Virus record (IMG/VR): IMGVR_UViG_3300020059_000008
Location: 1-29,783 of that record
Direction: 5' to 3' (one strand)
Origin: a virus
Taxonomy: Duplodnaviria > Caudoviricetes
DNA: 29,783 nt
Positions 1 to 8,905 of this stretch are shown here, piece after piece. Each line of letters begins with the position of its first letter. The stretch's first letter is position 1. The notes beneath the pieces were generated by a model, which was not told the DNA's origin, did no database searches, and saw only the letters and a list, made by a program, of their open reading frames with translations. The position numbers and the translations under genes were made by a program.

Positions 1-410
1 TTTGGCTTCGTTACGCTCTGAAGTTGAGTTATGTCAATCCCCAGATTGATTGCCGAGTTAAGACGAGCAGCTTCTGCTGCAATTGCTGTATGAGCCGCAT
101 TAGCTGCTTGATTGACTGCAACAACAGAAGAGGGTGATGATGTTGCGGCTGCTGTTACAGACTCTGTGATCTGCTTATCAATGAAAGCAGTTCTATTTGC
201 AGCAATCTCCTCTTCTGTCGGTTCAGTCTTTGGTTTCATCATCTCCTCTACCTTTGCTTTCAGGAGTGATGTTGCGGTTTGTGGTACTTGGGTACTTGCC
301 TGCTTACTTCCTGCTGCTTTCTGTTCCATGTTTTCTCTCTCCTGGTTAAGAACTTTCTCCTCTGTAACTTTAACTTGTGTCTTTTGTTGTCCACCTGTCT
401 CACCGGCCAT
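1..410 (-). CDS. Hypothetical protein downstream of the capsid gene (partial, runs off the window)
   Basis: Not in the ORF track. ATG at 410 with AGGAG SD (418-422); reads MAGETGGQQKTQVKVTEEKVLNQERENMEQK... with no stop to the window edge. Confidence 0.75.
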   Translation of the reverse strand, partial: MAGETGGQQKTQVKVTEEKVLNQERENMEQKAAGSKQASTQVPQTATSLLKAKVEEMMKPKTEPTEEEIAANRTAFIDKQITESVTAAATSSPSSVVAVNQAANAAHTAIAAEAARLNSAINLGIDITQLQSVTKP

Positions 411-428
411 GATAGATCTCCTAAGTTA

Positions 429-463
429 TTGAGTGTTGAGTGTTGAGTGTTGAGTGTTGAGTG
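429..463. repeat. Tandem repeat (TTGAGTG)x5
   Basis: Five exact 7-mers filling the gap between the capsid stop codon and the next SD. Confidence 0.95.
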
Positions 464-1666
464 CTACGCTGCTGCTGCTGTGAGATTCTCGATCACACAT
501 CCCGAGAAGGGATTGATGTACTCTACTGCAAACTCTGATGTGAGGGATCCACCTACAGAGTCTGCACCACCAGCATTGTTCTTCCCATCTCCCCCAAATT
601 CCTCTGACTTAGTATCTCTTCCATTCATGAAAGCAAGTTTGATGGCAGCAAGCTCAAGTACTACCATGAGCTTCGAGAGTGCAGCATTAGTGTTGAAGAG
701 TGGGTGTTCTACAATATTGATACTTCCTTTGTAGAACTTGAACTTAGTGAACTGCATACCAAAGGAGGTCTCAGACTGAGAAATCATGATTTGACCATAG
801 AGGTGACCAATGTCATTGAGTACTTTATTTGCAGTTGCACCAACGAATGCGATACGCTCTTTGGTGTTACCCTGATCTGTGGAGTAGAGGAAAGCAGGCT
901 CAACAAGAGCAACAAGCTGAGCGAATGTTGTTGTGCCACCTGCTGCATTCGTATTGGCTGGAGCATATTGATCAATTGCATCATATATACCTTGAGTAGC
1001 ATGTAGTGGTCCTGTTACACCTGTAGCTGGCGCAAGTGGCTGTCCAAAGAAGATCGCTGATTCACAATCTACAGAGTGCAGAATGGAGCAATCCTTTCTA
1101 TTCTCTTGAACGTTGCCAAACCCTTGTTCTGTAAGAGAAGCTCTCGCTGTGTCTGTTACAGCCCAAGCATTACGGAAGATTTGTGTGAAGTTTGGTACAT
1201 AGACTGTGGTCATCCCACGAGGTGTCGGACGAGCTGATCCCTCTTCAAATGCTCCACCAATAACGATCAGTGGATCACCTGCTACGGAATCAGAGGCAGC
1301 TACACGACCAAATGCTCTCGCTACTGTGATGTGAGTACCATCAACAATAGCTGTAATCCTCATATTCTCCCTGCTCCTCGGGTTATATAACACCATACCA
1401 GGAGTAAGGCCAGCAGAAGCAGCTACTACGTAGTTTGTTACAGCAGCAAGATTGATGCCGTTTGATGTAGTAGCAGCAAACTGCAAAGTCTTGCTGAAAT
1501 AGCCATGCGTAGAGGACTTAGCTGTAGACTTCGGCTGCTGTGACAACAAACCCCAGAGAGGAAATGAGCCATTGGGGAAGAGACGAAGCATAGTACCTGC
1601 GAAACTCCTCACGTTGAGTTCAGCAGGATTAGTAGTTGTGTTGAATACACCAGAGAAGAAACTCAT
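464..1666 (-). CDS. Major capsid protein (HK97 fold, SU10-MCP/DUF5309-like)
   Basis: ~400 aa, follows the scaffold-like gene; motifs NFTQIFRNAWAVTDT and E..IFFGQ resemble SU10-type capsids; GGAGG SD favours ATG 1666 over GTG 1672. Confidence 0.85.
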   Translation of the reverse strand: MSFFSGVFNTTTNPAELNVRSFAGTMLRLFPNGSFPLWGLLSQQPKSTAKSSTHGYFSKTLQFAATTSNGINLAAVTNYVVAASAGLTPGMVLYNPRSRENMRITAIVDGTHITVARAFGRVAASDSVAGDPLIVIGGAFEEGSARPTPRGMTTVYVPNFTQIFRNAWAVTDTARASLTEQGFGNVQENRKDCSILHSVDCESAIFFGQPLAPATGVTGPLHATQGIYDAIDQYAPANTNAAGGTTTFAQLVALVEPAFLYSTDQGNTKERIAFVGATANKVLNDIGHLYGQIMISQSETSFGMQFTKFKFYKGSINIVEHPLFNTNAALSKLMVVLELAAIKLAFMNGRDTKSEEFGGDGKNNAGGADSVGGSLTSEFAVEYINPFSGCVIENLTAAAA

Positions 1667-1720
1667 ACTCACTTACCTCCAACAAAATGATATTACAAAA
1701 CAACAAAGTTGGAGAAGATA

Positions 1721-2491
1721 TCAGTTTTTAGAGCCAGCAGTCATCCACTCTTCCCAGTTAATATCCTCCTCTGCATCTTTCCCGTCAGCTCCCTTTTGTT
1801 TTGGAGTGAGAGAAGGATCAAGCTGTTTAGCAACAGTAACGAAATAGTTCTTCGTCTGTTCTGCTATCCAGTCTGGAGTAGCGTCAGGATACTTGGAGGC
1901 TATCTTATCTCCAATCTCCGTGACGTGCTCTTTTAGAGTAGGATTCTGTTCTGCTAGTTTGGCGAGACTATTTGCTGTCAGTACTGAGTGTACTGATTGA
2001 CCTAGTCCCTTGCGGTCATGAGCCATCCTAGCTCCCACAAACTTATCAGTGAGAGTGGAGGAATGTGACATGGTAGTCTGGTATACTTGACGACCCAACT
2101 CATTAAAGGCTTCAGCTACTGCTGTAGCATCTCCACTCTGGAGCTTTTGTACAAGCTCTGGTGTTACATGAGAGGAGAAGTTAAGCTGTGATGCTGCGTT
2201 CTTAAGTAGAGTAGGATCAAGAGCGAAAACAGGTGGAGTTTCTTCCGCTGTTCTAACTTTATTATCGTACATTCCAGCGAAAGAGTCAAGAGGATTTTTA
2301 GTGTTTGAGTCACCAGCTTCAGCAAAGTCCTTAGATCCAGTATCTAGTGGATCATTAGGCTTTCTCTCCTTCGCTTGACGTATCTGCTGTTCTTGTTGTC
2401 CCTTTGAGAGTGGAGTCTGCTGATTTGTTGGTTTATTAGGGTCCGTAGGAGTGAGAGGTACTTTAGAGCGAAAGAAATCTGCAAGTGGCAT
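1721..2491 (-). CDS. Putative capsid scaffolding protein
   Basis: 256 aa, low-complexity N-terminus, helical body, directly upstream of the capsid gene (positional inference). Confidence 0.6.
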   Translation of the reverse strand: MPLADFFRSKVPLTPTDPNKPTNQQTPLSKGQQEQQIRQAKERKPNDPLDTGSKDFAEAGDSNTKNPLDSFAGMYDNKVRTAEETPPVFALDPTLLKNAASQLNFSSHVTPELVQKLQSGDATAVAEAFNELGRQVYQTTMSHSSTLTDKFVGARMAHDRKGLGQSVHSVLTANSLAKLAEQNPTLKEHVTEIGDKIASKYPDATPDWIAEQTKNYFVTVAKQLDPSLTPKQKGADGKDAEEDINWEEWMTAGSKN

Positions 2492-2497
2492 GTGATG

Positions 2498-2890
2498 TTA
2501 CTCCTTCTCAGTTAAGATACTTCTGACAACTGCACCAAAGATGTGATCTTTAGCCTTCTGATCTACTGGTAGTTCATCGTATGGAAGATAGCATGGATGC
2601 TCCTTCTTATTCACATCCTTCACTGCTCCCCACTTCCATCCTTCCTCTGTCTTTTGTTTCAACCAGGAATCATGAGAGGCTGATGGTGGAGCAGTTGGGT
2701 TGTCTATGATGAATAGTACTCCACTGATGGCTGAAGAACGTTGCCACTCTGGTGCATCTTCCCAGTGAGGTTGAGAGTTATCACCTAATGCTATACAGTA
2801 AGCACGATTTACCTCGTGACAGATACGAGCAATACGAACTACACGAACATCTGCTTCTGTAGATTCTGTTGCTGACTGCTTTTTAGCCAT
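2498..2890 (-). CDS. Stand-alone RyR-domain protein, candidate anti-defence
   Basis: IARICHE ... HDSW...K...GWKWG..KD..KKEHPC.LPYDELP..QKAKD is the RyR-repeat signature; GGAG SD. Confidence 0.85.
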   Translation of the reverse strand: MAKKQSATESTEADVRVVRIARICHEVNRAYCIALGDNSQPHWEDAPEWQRSSAISGVLFIIDNPTAPPSASHDSWLKQKTEEGWKWGAVKDVNKKEHPCYLPYDELPVDQKAKDHIFGAVVRSILTEKE

Positions 2891-2902
2891 GATACTATCT
2901 CC

Positions 2903-3127
2903 TCAAAAGAACTCTGGTTTAGCAACTGATCTTGTAAGAGCCATCAGACCCTCTTGAAGATGAATAGCACCAATAGAGACCCAACGTTGATCTAACACTT
3001 TATTCTCTTTCATTAGCGTTACTATATCTCCTAGCTCTTTCCCTTTTTGCTTTATTATGTTCATTAAATCTATCTCTTCTTGTGTCAGTTCACGATAACC
3101 TATGATCTTACGATGTTGATTCTCCAT
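2903..3127 (-). CDS. acb2: Anti-CBASS cyclic-oligonucleotide sponge, Acb2 family
   Basis: MENQHRKIIGYRELTQEEIDLMNIIK ... RWVSIG..HLQEGLMALTRSVAKPEFF closely matches Pseudomonas phage Acb2 as recalled; Y11 and K26 in register; AAGGAG SD. Confidence 0.88.
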   Translation of the reverse strand: MENQHRKIIGYRELTQEEIDLMNIIKQKGKELGDIVTLMKENKVLDQRWVSIGAIHLQEGLMALTRSVAKPEFF

Positions 3128-3133
3128 GATGTG

Positions 3134-3514
3134 TTATCTCCTTTGAGATTGATTGGTTGACGACGAACTGGACTGCTGATGATGTGGTATGTCATACGTT
3201 GAGAGAATGTTATGACATACCATGATGACACCTTTAAGCTTGTTGTATCTTGCAAGCAACTTAGTTTGATCACTGAACTCCGTAAAATCATTCATAAGTG
3301 TATCTCGTACAGCATTGTTAGCTAAAAGACGAAAGAAGCGAACGATTGTAGGATGGGAGAAACACTGTTTAAGTTCAACCTCCTCTTGTGATGTGAAGCT
3401 AGTGGGCAGTGGCAGGAGGTGGTGCATAGCCTGGAGTTCCTCCAACAGGTGGAGCTGCTCCTGTGTTTGGTGGGATTGGTGCTCCTCCTGTTGCTGCTGT
3501 AGTAGGTTGTCCAC
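3134..3514 (-). CDS. Hypothetical protein downstream of and overlapping the portal gene
   Basis: GTG start with AGGAG SD (alternative ATG 3427); typical small post-portal gene. Confidence 0.65.
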   Translation of the reverse strand: MDNLLQQQQEEHQSHQTQEQLHLLEELQAMHHLLPLPTSFTSQEEVELKQCFSHPTIVRFFRLLANNAVRDTLMNDFTEFSDQTKLLARYNKLKGVIMVCHNILSTYDIPHHQQSSSSSTNQSQRR

Positions 3515-5435
3515 TTGTTACTCCTGGTTGAGACTGCTGTTGAGGTTGAACTTCAGGTGAGTATTGATCAAGTCCTCTTACTCCACCAAGCTGAGCAAGA
3601 TGTGCTACCATGCGAGGTAGATAAGGACCATACTTCTCTTGTAGAATCTGACTCTGACCAACAAGCTGCATAAGTTGAACAATAAAGTCAGTAGATGCCA
3701 GCTTACTCTTTGGAGTATAGCCATCGGCAACTCTGAAGGAGAGGACTTTTTTGCGAAGAGAATCAATCACAGTGCGGTCTACATCTACTGTTTCACCTGT
3801 TCGCTGATTTGAGAATGCACCTTCTACTCCAAACTGAAAGATGTTAAACTTGATCTGTGTCTTGAAAGGTACCATGACTTGATACTCAATCATGAGAGCA
3901 GGAATCCTCATACGGTTATCGGCATTACCTGTAGTATCTCTCCACTCTTCCACTGATTTATTACCTTTCTGGAATTGTCCTCTTGCAGGCTTATTCATTC
4001 CAAGTGACTGATCTGACATCTCCCAGATACGTGCAGTATCTCCTATCACACCATCTGTACCTCGTGGATCATATGGGATTGGATAATACGCATCTGTCAA
4101 CTTCTTATCATTAAGACCTGTAAGACGTACAGGAATCTTTGGCGCGGAAGTAGGTGAATTAACATCTGCCTCATTGATGAGAGAAGAATCATAGAGTGCA
4201 CGATCTGACACTGAGCGTCGAGCAGAGGAGAAGCGTATATTCATGAGTGTAGAAGCTGCCTCTTGAAACTCAACCTGACTCTCACCAATGGAAGGTGTCT
4301 GAAGCTCAAAGCCATCCTCAAGAGGTTGACCTATGTGAATAGGAAGATAATCAAATGCTGTAATAAGACGTTTAGCGTACAAGAGCCACTGACCTGAAAG
4401 CATAACAAACTTCCAGATTTGTGGAGTGTTGGGAGATGGTACGTTAATGCCAAACTCAGAGGGAATGATGCGAGCATAGCATGTGAATCTCTCATATGTA
4501 CCAGCCATAAGAGACTTCTTCGAGACTGGAAGTGCTGCTCCTAACCATGTAGCCCAATCAAACTGGATTGTAGTCTTCTTGTTTGATGAAAGTTTATCAG
4601 TAATGACTGGGAGATCACGATAGTACATGAACATGTTGGTTTGATTAGTATCAATCTTACCGACGTTGTAAATATCACCAGACTGAGAGTACATGTTAAT
4701 GAACTTCTTAAGCTCAATGCGATTGATGGGATCAATCCAACCTGCAAATTCACCTTGAGCAGCTACACGAGAAGGTGATTTACGTATATCCCATACAGTG
4801 TTATACGGATCTAAGCGGGTGATACGGTTGTAGTTGGATGTTGTCTTCTCAGCTTTAGTAGAGGCAGTTGGAGTGAGATAGTTGTCTGAGAGTGAATATT
4901 GATCTATTGGCTCCCATGAGAGTTCAAGAGGCATGAAGTTATACTTAATACCATCACGAAATGCCATGAGAAACTCACGAGGATAGGCTGAAAGCGTAGC
5001 ATGATCATCGATGATAGCCTCTAAGGTTTCAGCCTCTTTGATGTTAGATGGCGTAGAAACTACAGGGAACATTGGATAACCACTCAAAAATACCTCAGAT
5101 AGGTAACCAACGTATGAATCTACCTGACTTATCACTACAGGTACGACAATTGCTCTGTCTGTATCAATGCCACATGAGACATTAGCAGAGTTCTGTGCTG
5201 CTCTTATGTCAACACCATCAACAAGCTTACTGGTATCAGAGAGAGCATTATAGCGATAGTATGCTGTATCAATAATCTCCATCTTATTACGCATATCTGT
5301 GAATTGATTGTGCATAGTGAGGATGTTACGAAGATAGTTCTGAAGAGCATCTACTGATGAGGAAGAGAGTCGAAGTGGATTACGTGAAGACTGGCCGGAG
5401 AGCTGAGAGACTGATGCTGTTGCTGTAGTTACCAT
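3399..5435 (-). CDS. Portal protein
   Basis: 678 aa directly downstream of TerL; podovirus-portal size and layout with a Q/P/G-rich C-terminal tail. Confidence 0.8.
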   Translation of the reverse strand: MVTTATASVSQLSGQSSRNPLRLSSSSVDALQNYLRNILTMHNQFTDMRNKMEIIDTAYYRYNALSDTSKLVDGVDIRAAQNSANVSCGIDTDRAIVVPVVISQVDSYVGYLSEVFLSGYPMFPVVSTPSNIKEAETLEAIIDDHATLSAYPREFLMAFRDGIKYNFMPLELSWEPIDQYSLSDNYLTPTASTKAEKTTSNYNRITRLDPYNTVWDIRKSPSRVAAQGEFAGWIDPINRIELKKFINMYSQSGDIYNVGKIDTNQTNMFMYYRDLPVITDKLSSNKKTTIQFDWATWLGAALPVSKKSLMAGTYERFTCYARIIPSEFGINVPSPNTPQIWKFVMLSGQWLLYAKRLITAFDYLPIHIGQPLEDGFELQTPSIGESQVEFQEAASTLMNIRFSSARRSVSDRALYDSSLINEADVNSPTSAPKIPVRLTGLNDKKLTDAYYPIPYDPRGTDGVIGDTARIWEMSDQSLGMNKPARGQFQKGNKSVEEWRDTTGNADNRMRIPALMIEYQVMVPFKTQIKFNIFQFGVEGAFSNQRTGETVDVDRTVIDSLRKKVLSFRVADGYTPKSKLASTDFIVQLMQLVGQSQILQEKYGPYLPRMVAHLAQLGGVRGLDQYSPEVQPQQQSQPGVTSGQPTTAATGGAPIPPNTGAAPPVGGTPGYAPPPATAH

Positions 5436-5463
5436 GGTATCATTATTCCTTATCTGTTAATTA

Positions 5464-5694
5464 TTACTGTGAATTAAATAAAATACTTGAGATACGACTA
5501 CAAGCTTTCGCTATGTCCTGGATATACATATCAAGATATTTCTTCTTTAATATAACATCTTGAGTAAAGTCTAATTCCTCTATCTTTTCTGATACACTTA
5601 GAATAGTTCTCAGTTCAGAAAATATAACAAGAGAAGAAGGATAACTCATAATGTTAAACTGCCTGTTAGAATGGTGTGTTATTTGCTTGTACAC
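5464..5694 (-). CDS. Small AT-rich hypothetical protein between TerL and portal
   Basis: ORF fills the gap on the operon strand; visibly more AT-rich than its neighbours; start uncertain. Confidence 0.45.
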   Translation of the reverse strand: MYKQITHHSNRQFNIMSYPSSLVIFSELRTILSVSEKIEELDFTQDVILKKKYLDMYIQDIAKACSRISSILFNSQ

Positions 5695-7174
5695 GAAACT
5701 GAGAGCCTAGTTGCTGATGCTCCCTGACAGACAAGAGTGGCCAGTATGTGTTTCTTACCTCAAGTCCCATCGATGGGGAGTCGAGCCAGTCATCTCTATT
5801 CTTCTTCTTCCCAAGACGGTATGCGGTAGCTTGCCAGGTAAATCGTTGCCTATCCGTATCCCTCAGGAAGTAATACTCTTCACCATAGATCTCTTTGATG
5901 AATAGTCGAATATGATATTCCTTTGCTTTAACTCCTCTGTTGAGAGGAACAACATTAATTCCCTCTATCTTCTCCTCTTTGAGTGTACGTGTCATCCAGT
6001 ATTGGAGAGACTGCTGATAACCTACATCCTCGATTGCGATGAGGTTAGCATTATGACGTAATGCGAGAGCGATAGTATTCTGACATGTTATTCCTGGATC
6101 CCATATACCACCATCCATCTCAGCTATATAGCCTTTACCATCTATGATGTAGTGAGCAGTAACTACATTGTCGTCTGACTGCTTACGAAAGCCTGCTGGA
6201 TCAAGTGTGATAAAGGAAGCTGTTGGCTCAGGAATAAAGGAATCGAAAGGAGAGAGTGGAAATGGTCCTCGTATAAAGCCATCTGCTGACTCTACTGGAT
6301 CATTCATGATCTCAGCAAACCAGATGTTAGCTTTGCCTAAGGACTCATCATGCTTAAAATCCTCATGTAAATCCGAGAGAGATTGAAGCTCGGGCCACAG
6401 TGGTTCACCAGTCTCAAGTATACCACCAGTAATCAGTGATATCCAGAAGGGATTCTGTTTCAAACGATACAAGATGCAGTGATCTGAGTACATATTACCA
6501 ACGTACATGATGATTGCACGATGTCGATTAATCGCCTTGAGGAGTGTACCAACAAACCAATCGAAGAGGACTTCACGATCTGTATCAGAATCATCATTCT
6601 CCTTCGTTTGCATATCATCGCAACAGACTACATCTGGCCTCTTGTTATCAATGTTGATCCCACGAGCAGCTGTTCCAGCTCCAATAGCTCTCAAGATGAT
6701 AACTCGCTTGTGGTAGAGGGCCTTCTTTAGTCCTCGATTATCTGTTACAAGGTTATCCTTCCACTTACCAAAGATAGCTTCAATGTTGGGAGAGGAGAGT
6801 ATGTTTGAGACATCATCGAGGAAGTTCTCAGCATGAGGCTCTGTTGCACAGACTATGAGAACAAAGTTGGTTTTATCAAACACTACAAGCCAAGAGATCA
6901 ACACTTTAAGGTATGTTGTTTTGATATAACCTCGTGGGAGACCTATAGCGTAACGAAGAACCTTGATGAGCTCTGTGTCTGTGATACCAGCGTGAAGTAC
7001 GGAGAAGAGGGCGATGTAGTATTCTGGAAATGCGTAAAGGAAAATGTCTGGAATACAGAGTCCAGCAAAGAAGTTAAAATCAGATGAGCAGCGAGATCTA
7101 GCAGCGTCAGAGGAGACTGCTACATCGTTGATCTCTGAGAGATCAGAGGAGAAGATGTCAGGACGAGAGGTCAT
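5666..7174 (-). CDS. terL: Terminase large subunit
   Basis: Walker A-like LPRGYIKTT, Walker B RPDVVCCDD, YVGN coupling motif, RNase H-like nuclease motifs LDPAG and RDDWLDS. Confidence 0.92.
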   Translation of the reverse strand: MTSRPDIFSSDLSEINDVAVSSDAARSRCSSDFNFFAGLCIPDIFLYAFPEYYIALFSVLHAGITDTELIKVLRYAIGLPRGYIKTTYLKVLISWLVVFDKTNFVLIVCATEPHAENFLDDVSNILSSPNIEAIFGKWKDNLVTDNRGLKKALYHKRVIILRAIGAGTAARGINIDNKRPDVVCCDDMQTKENDDSDTDREVLFDWFVGTLLKAINRHRAIIMYVGNMYSDHCILYRLKQNPFWISLITGGILETGEPLWPELQSLSDLHEDFKHDESLGKANIWFAEIMNDPVESADGFIRGPFPLSPFDSFIPEPTASFITLDPAGFRKQSDDNVVTAHYIIDGKGYIAEMDGGIWDPGITCQNTIALALRHNANLIAIEDVGYQQSLQYWMTRTLKEEKIEGINVVPLNRGVKAKEYHIRLFIKEIYGEEYYFLRDTDRQRFTWQATAYRLGKKKNRDDWLDSPSMGLEVRNTYWPLLSVREHQQLGSQFRVQANNTPF

Positions 7175-7199
7175 GTGCTATGATAAATTATCGTAATTG

Positions 7200-7208
7200 A
7201 TTGTAGCA
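7200..7208 (-). promoter_or_regulatory. Possible extended -10 promoter (TGcTACAAT) upstream of terL
   Basis: TGn plus 5/6 match to TATAAT, ~25 bp before the terL ATG; no clear -35. Confidence 0.3.
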
Positions 7209-7364
7209 AACTACTAAGGTCAAAAGCCACTACAACACCATAAAGGCGATGTGTACAAAACGGTGGGGGCGGCGGGCATAGTAAATGCAGTGGTTGGTTT
7301 AGTAAGGGTGCGGCCATTGTGCCTGCTTGCGCTCGTACCTCGCGCTTCGCATGCTGTGAACCCC

Positions 7365-7766
7365 TCAGCATGATCTGTTGAGTATATGATACTTGAACAT
7401 ACCTACTATCTTCTCTTTCTTCTTATCTGATGGTAAATAGTCTGGATATCTTCTATACTCTTCTTCTAATGACTTTATAAACCGTGTTTTCCAAGCATCA
7501 AAGAGTTGTGGTGACCTCTTTAGAAGATCATAAAGTGATGTGATCATATCGTTATATGATTGTGTACTTAGTTCACAGTACAATAAATGTAGATTACATA
7601 TCATACTCTTCTCGTCTGGAATTATCTTTGGTACTAACACTGTATCGAAATACTCTGAGATGCTCTCTATAGATGCCTTATGCGATGATGTCATAATATC
7701 CAATTTCTTAGATAATTCACTTACCATGTTCACATAATCTGGATCACCATCTTTAGTATAAAGCAT
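7365..7766 (-). CDS. Hypothetical protein (AT-rich) between terS and terL
   Basis: 133 aa ORF with AAGGA SD on the operon strand. Confidence 0.7.
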   Translation of the reverse strand: MLYTKDGDPDYVNMVSELSKKLDIMTSSHKASIESISEYFDTVLVPKIIPDEKSMICNLHLLYCELSTQSYNDMITSLYDLLKRSPQLFDAWKTRFIKSLEEEYRRYPDYLPSDKKKEKIVGMFKYHILNRSC

Positions 7767-7865
7767 GGTCAGAAATCCTTTGTGTGGTCGGTATCATAGA
7801 TGAATAGAGTAAAGAGTGGATTGGCGCGCCGTGGTGAGTGTACAAGTGTGTGAGTGCTAGCTTCG

Positions 7866-8471
7866 CTAGAAGTCTTCCGGTATTGTTGTTACATCTACTG
7901 CTCTTGGGATATACTGCTGCATCTGTTGAGTCTGCTGCTCACGTTTCGAGAGAAGAGCTTGCTCCTTCTTCTTCTGTATGGTATCAAAGAGTGAACGCAC
8001 TGCTCCTGCCTGCATGGGAGCCAGTGACTTGTTACCAATAGCAATCACTTCACGTTGAGAGTTTAGAGTAATCTCAGGGGCCGCCGCACGTGGAATTGAT
8101 AGTACCACTGTGTTAAATTGTGCGTTTCCGTTAACAACAAACGATGAGTGTTCGTGCATGGAGAGCTGCTGCTTCCTCCGAATGAGAGTCTCCATCGCTC
8201 GTGTCAGATCACGAAACTCAGCAAAGGGAAGAGATTCAGTAACCTGTCTGAGTATCCTCTTCTCCAACTGAGTGTAAGAGGACTCGAGCTCAGTGTCTGC
8301 TTTGAGCGTTGCGAATTTCTGCTGTTCAGTGAGGATGAGTGACTTGTACTGTGGATCCTGTAGAATCTGCTCGACATACTCTGGGGATGTATTCACCATA
8401 GAGGCGATGGCAGTTGAGGAAAAACCTTGAGAAGCGTATGAGACTATGCGATCAATCATGATAGCTGACAC
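7866..8471 (-). CDS. Putative terminase small subunit
   Basis: N-terminal HTH-like segment (GFSSTAIASMVNTSPEYVEQIL), helical middle, located upstream of terL. Confidence 0.55.
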   Translation of the reverse strand: MSAIMIDRIVSYASQGFSSTAIASMVNTSPEYVEQILQDPQYKSLILTEQQKFATLKADTELESSYTQLEKRILRQVTESLPFAEFRDLTRAMETLIRRKQQLSMHEHSSFVVNGNAQFNTVVLSIPRAAAPEITLNSQREVIAIGNKSLAPMQAGAVRSLFDTIQKKKEQALLSKREQQTQQMQQYIPRAVDVTTIPEDF

Positions 8472-8715
8472 TTGACACCTGTGACTCCAACCTCTTTATC
8501 CTCTCATACAACAATATTGATAATTCAGCAAAACCAAATCCGCCACGCTCATTAAGTCTTTCGAGTGTTTGTTGCTTACCGTACTGTGCAGAATATTCTT
8601 TGTAGGCTTCTTCTGCAACTTCATATGGGATACTGGTATTACTTTCACCATAGCCTTTTTGTATTGGAGATGTTTTACAATTCCACTTTCCATTGATACA
8701 CAGCCATTGTGACAT
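8452..8715 (-). CDS. Phage hypothetical protein, first gene of the late operon
   Basis: 87 aa; contains IPYEVAEEAY..Y...YG.QQTLERLNERGGF, a motif I recognise from small phage proteins. Confidence 0.7.
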   Translation of the reverse strand: MSQWLCINGKWNCKTSPIQKGYGESNTSIPYEVAEEAYKEYSAQYGKQQTLERLNERGGFGFAELSILLYERIKRLESQVSSVSYHD

Positions 8716-8905
8716 ATCAATCCCTAGATGTCTTAAGAGAAAGCTACGAAGTCGATTAAGTATATGCTACGCACGCTAGTAATACTAGGTAGGGTGTAAA
8801 ATATAGTGAGATTTTAGCGAGCAGCTGAGTTAAGAAGACGAAGCGACAGCATAAAAAAGGTCTCACCCCCTACCTATCAGATCAGTGTTGACCTTTCGTG
8901 TCTTT

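Noticed and set aside
112-1936. Plus-strand ORFs opposite the capsid/scaffold genes, and similar antisense ORFs throughout
   Set aside because: Shadow frames of well-supported genes, without SD sites or recognisable motifs.
7171-7371. 66 aa minus-strand ORF upstream of terL
   Set aside because: Poly-Pro run derives from a G-rich tract and it spans hairpin/promoter motifs; more likely non-coding, though not excluded.
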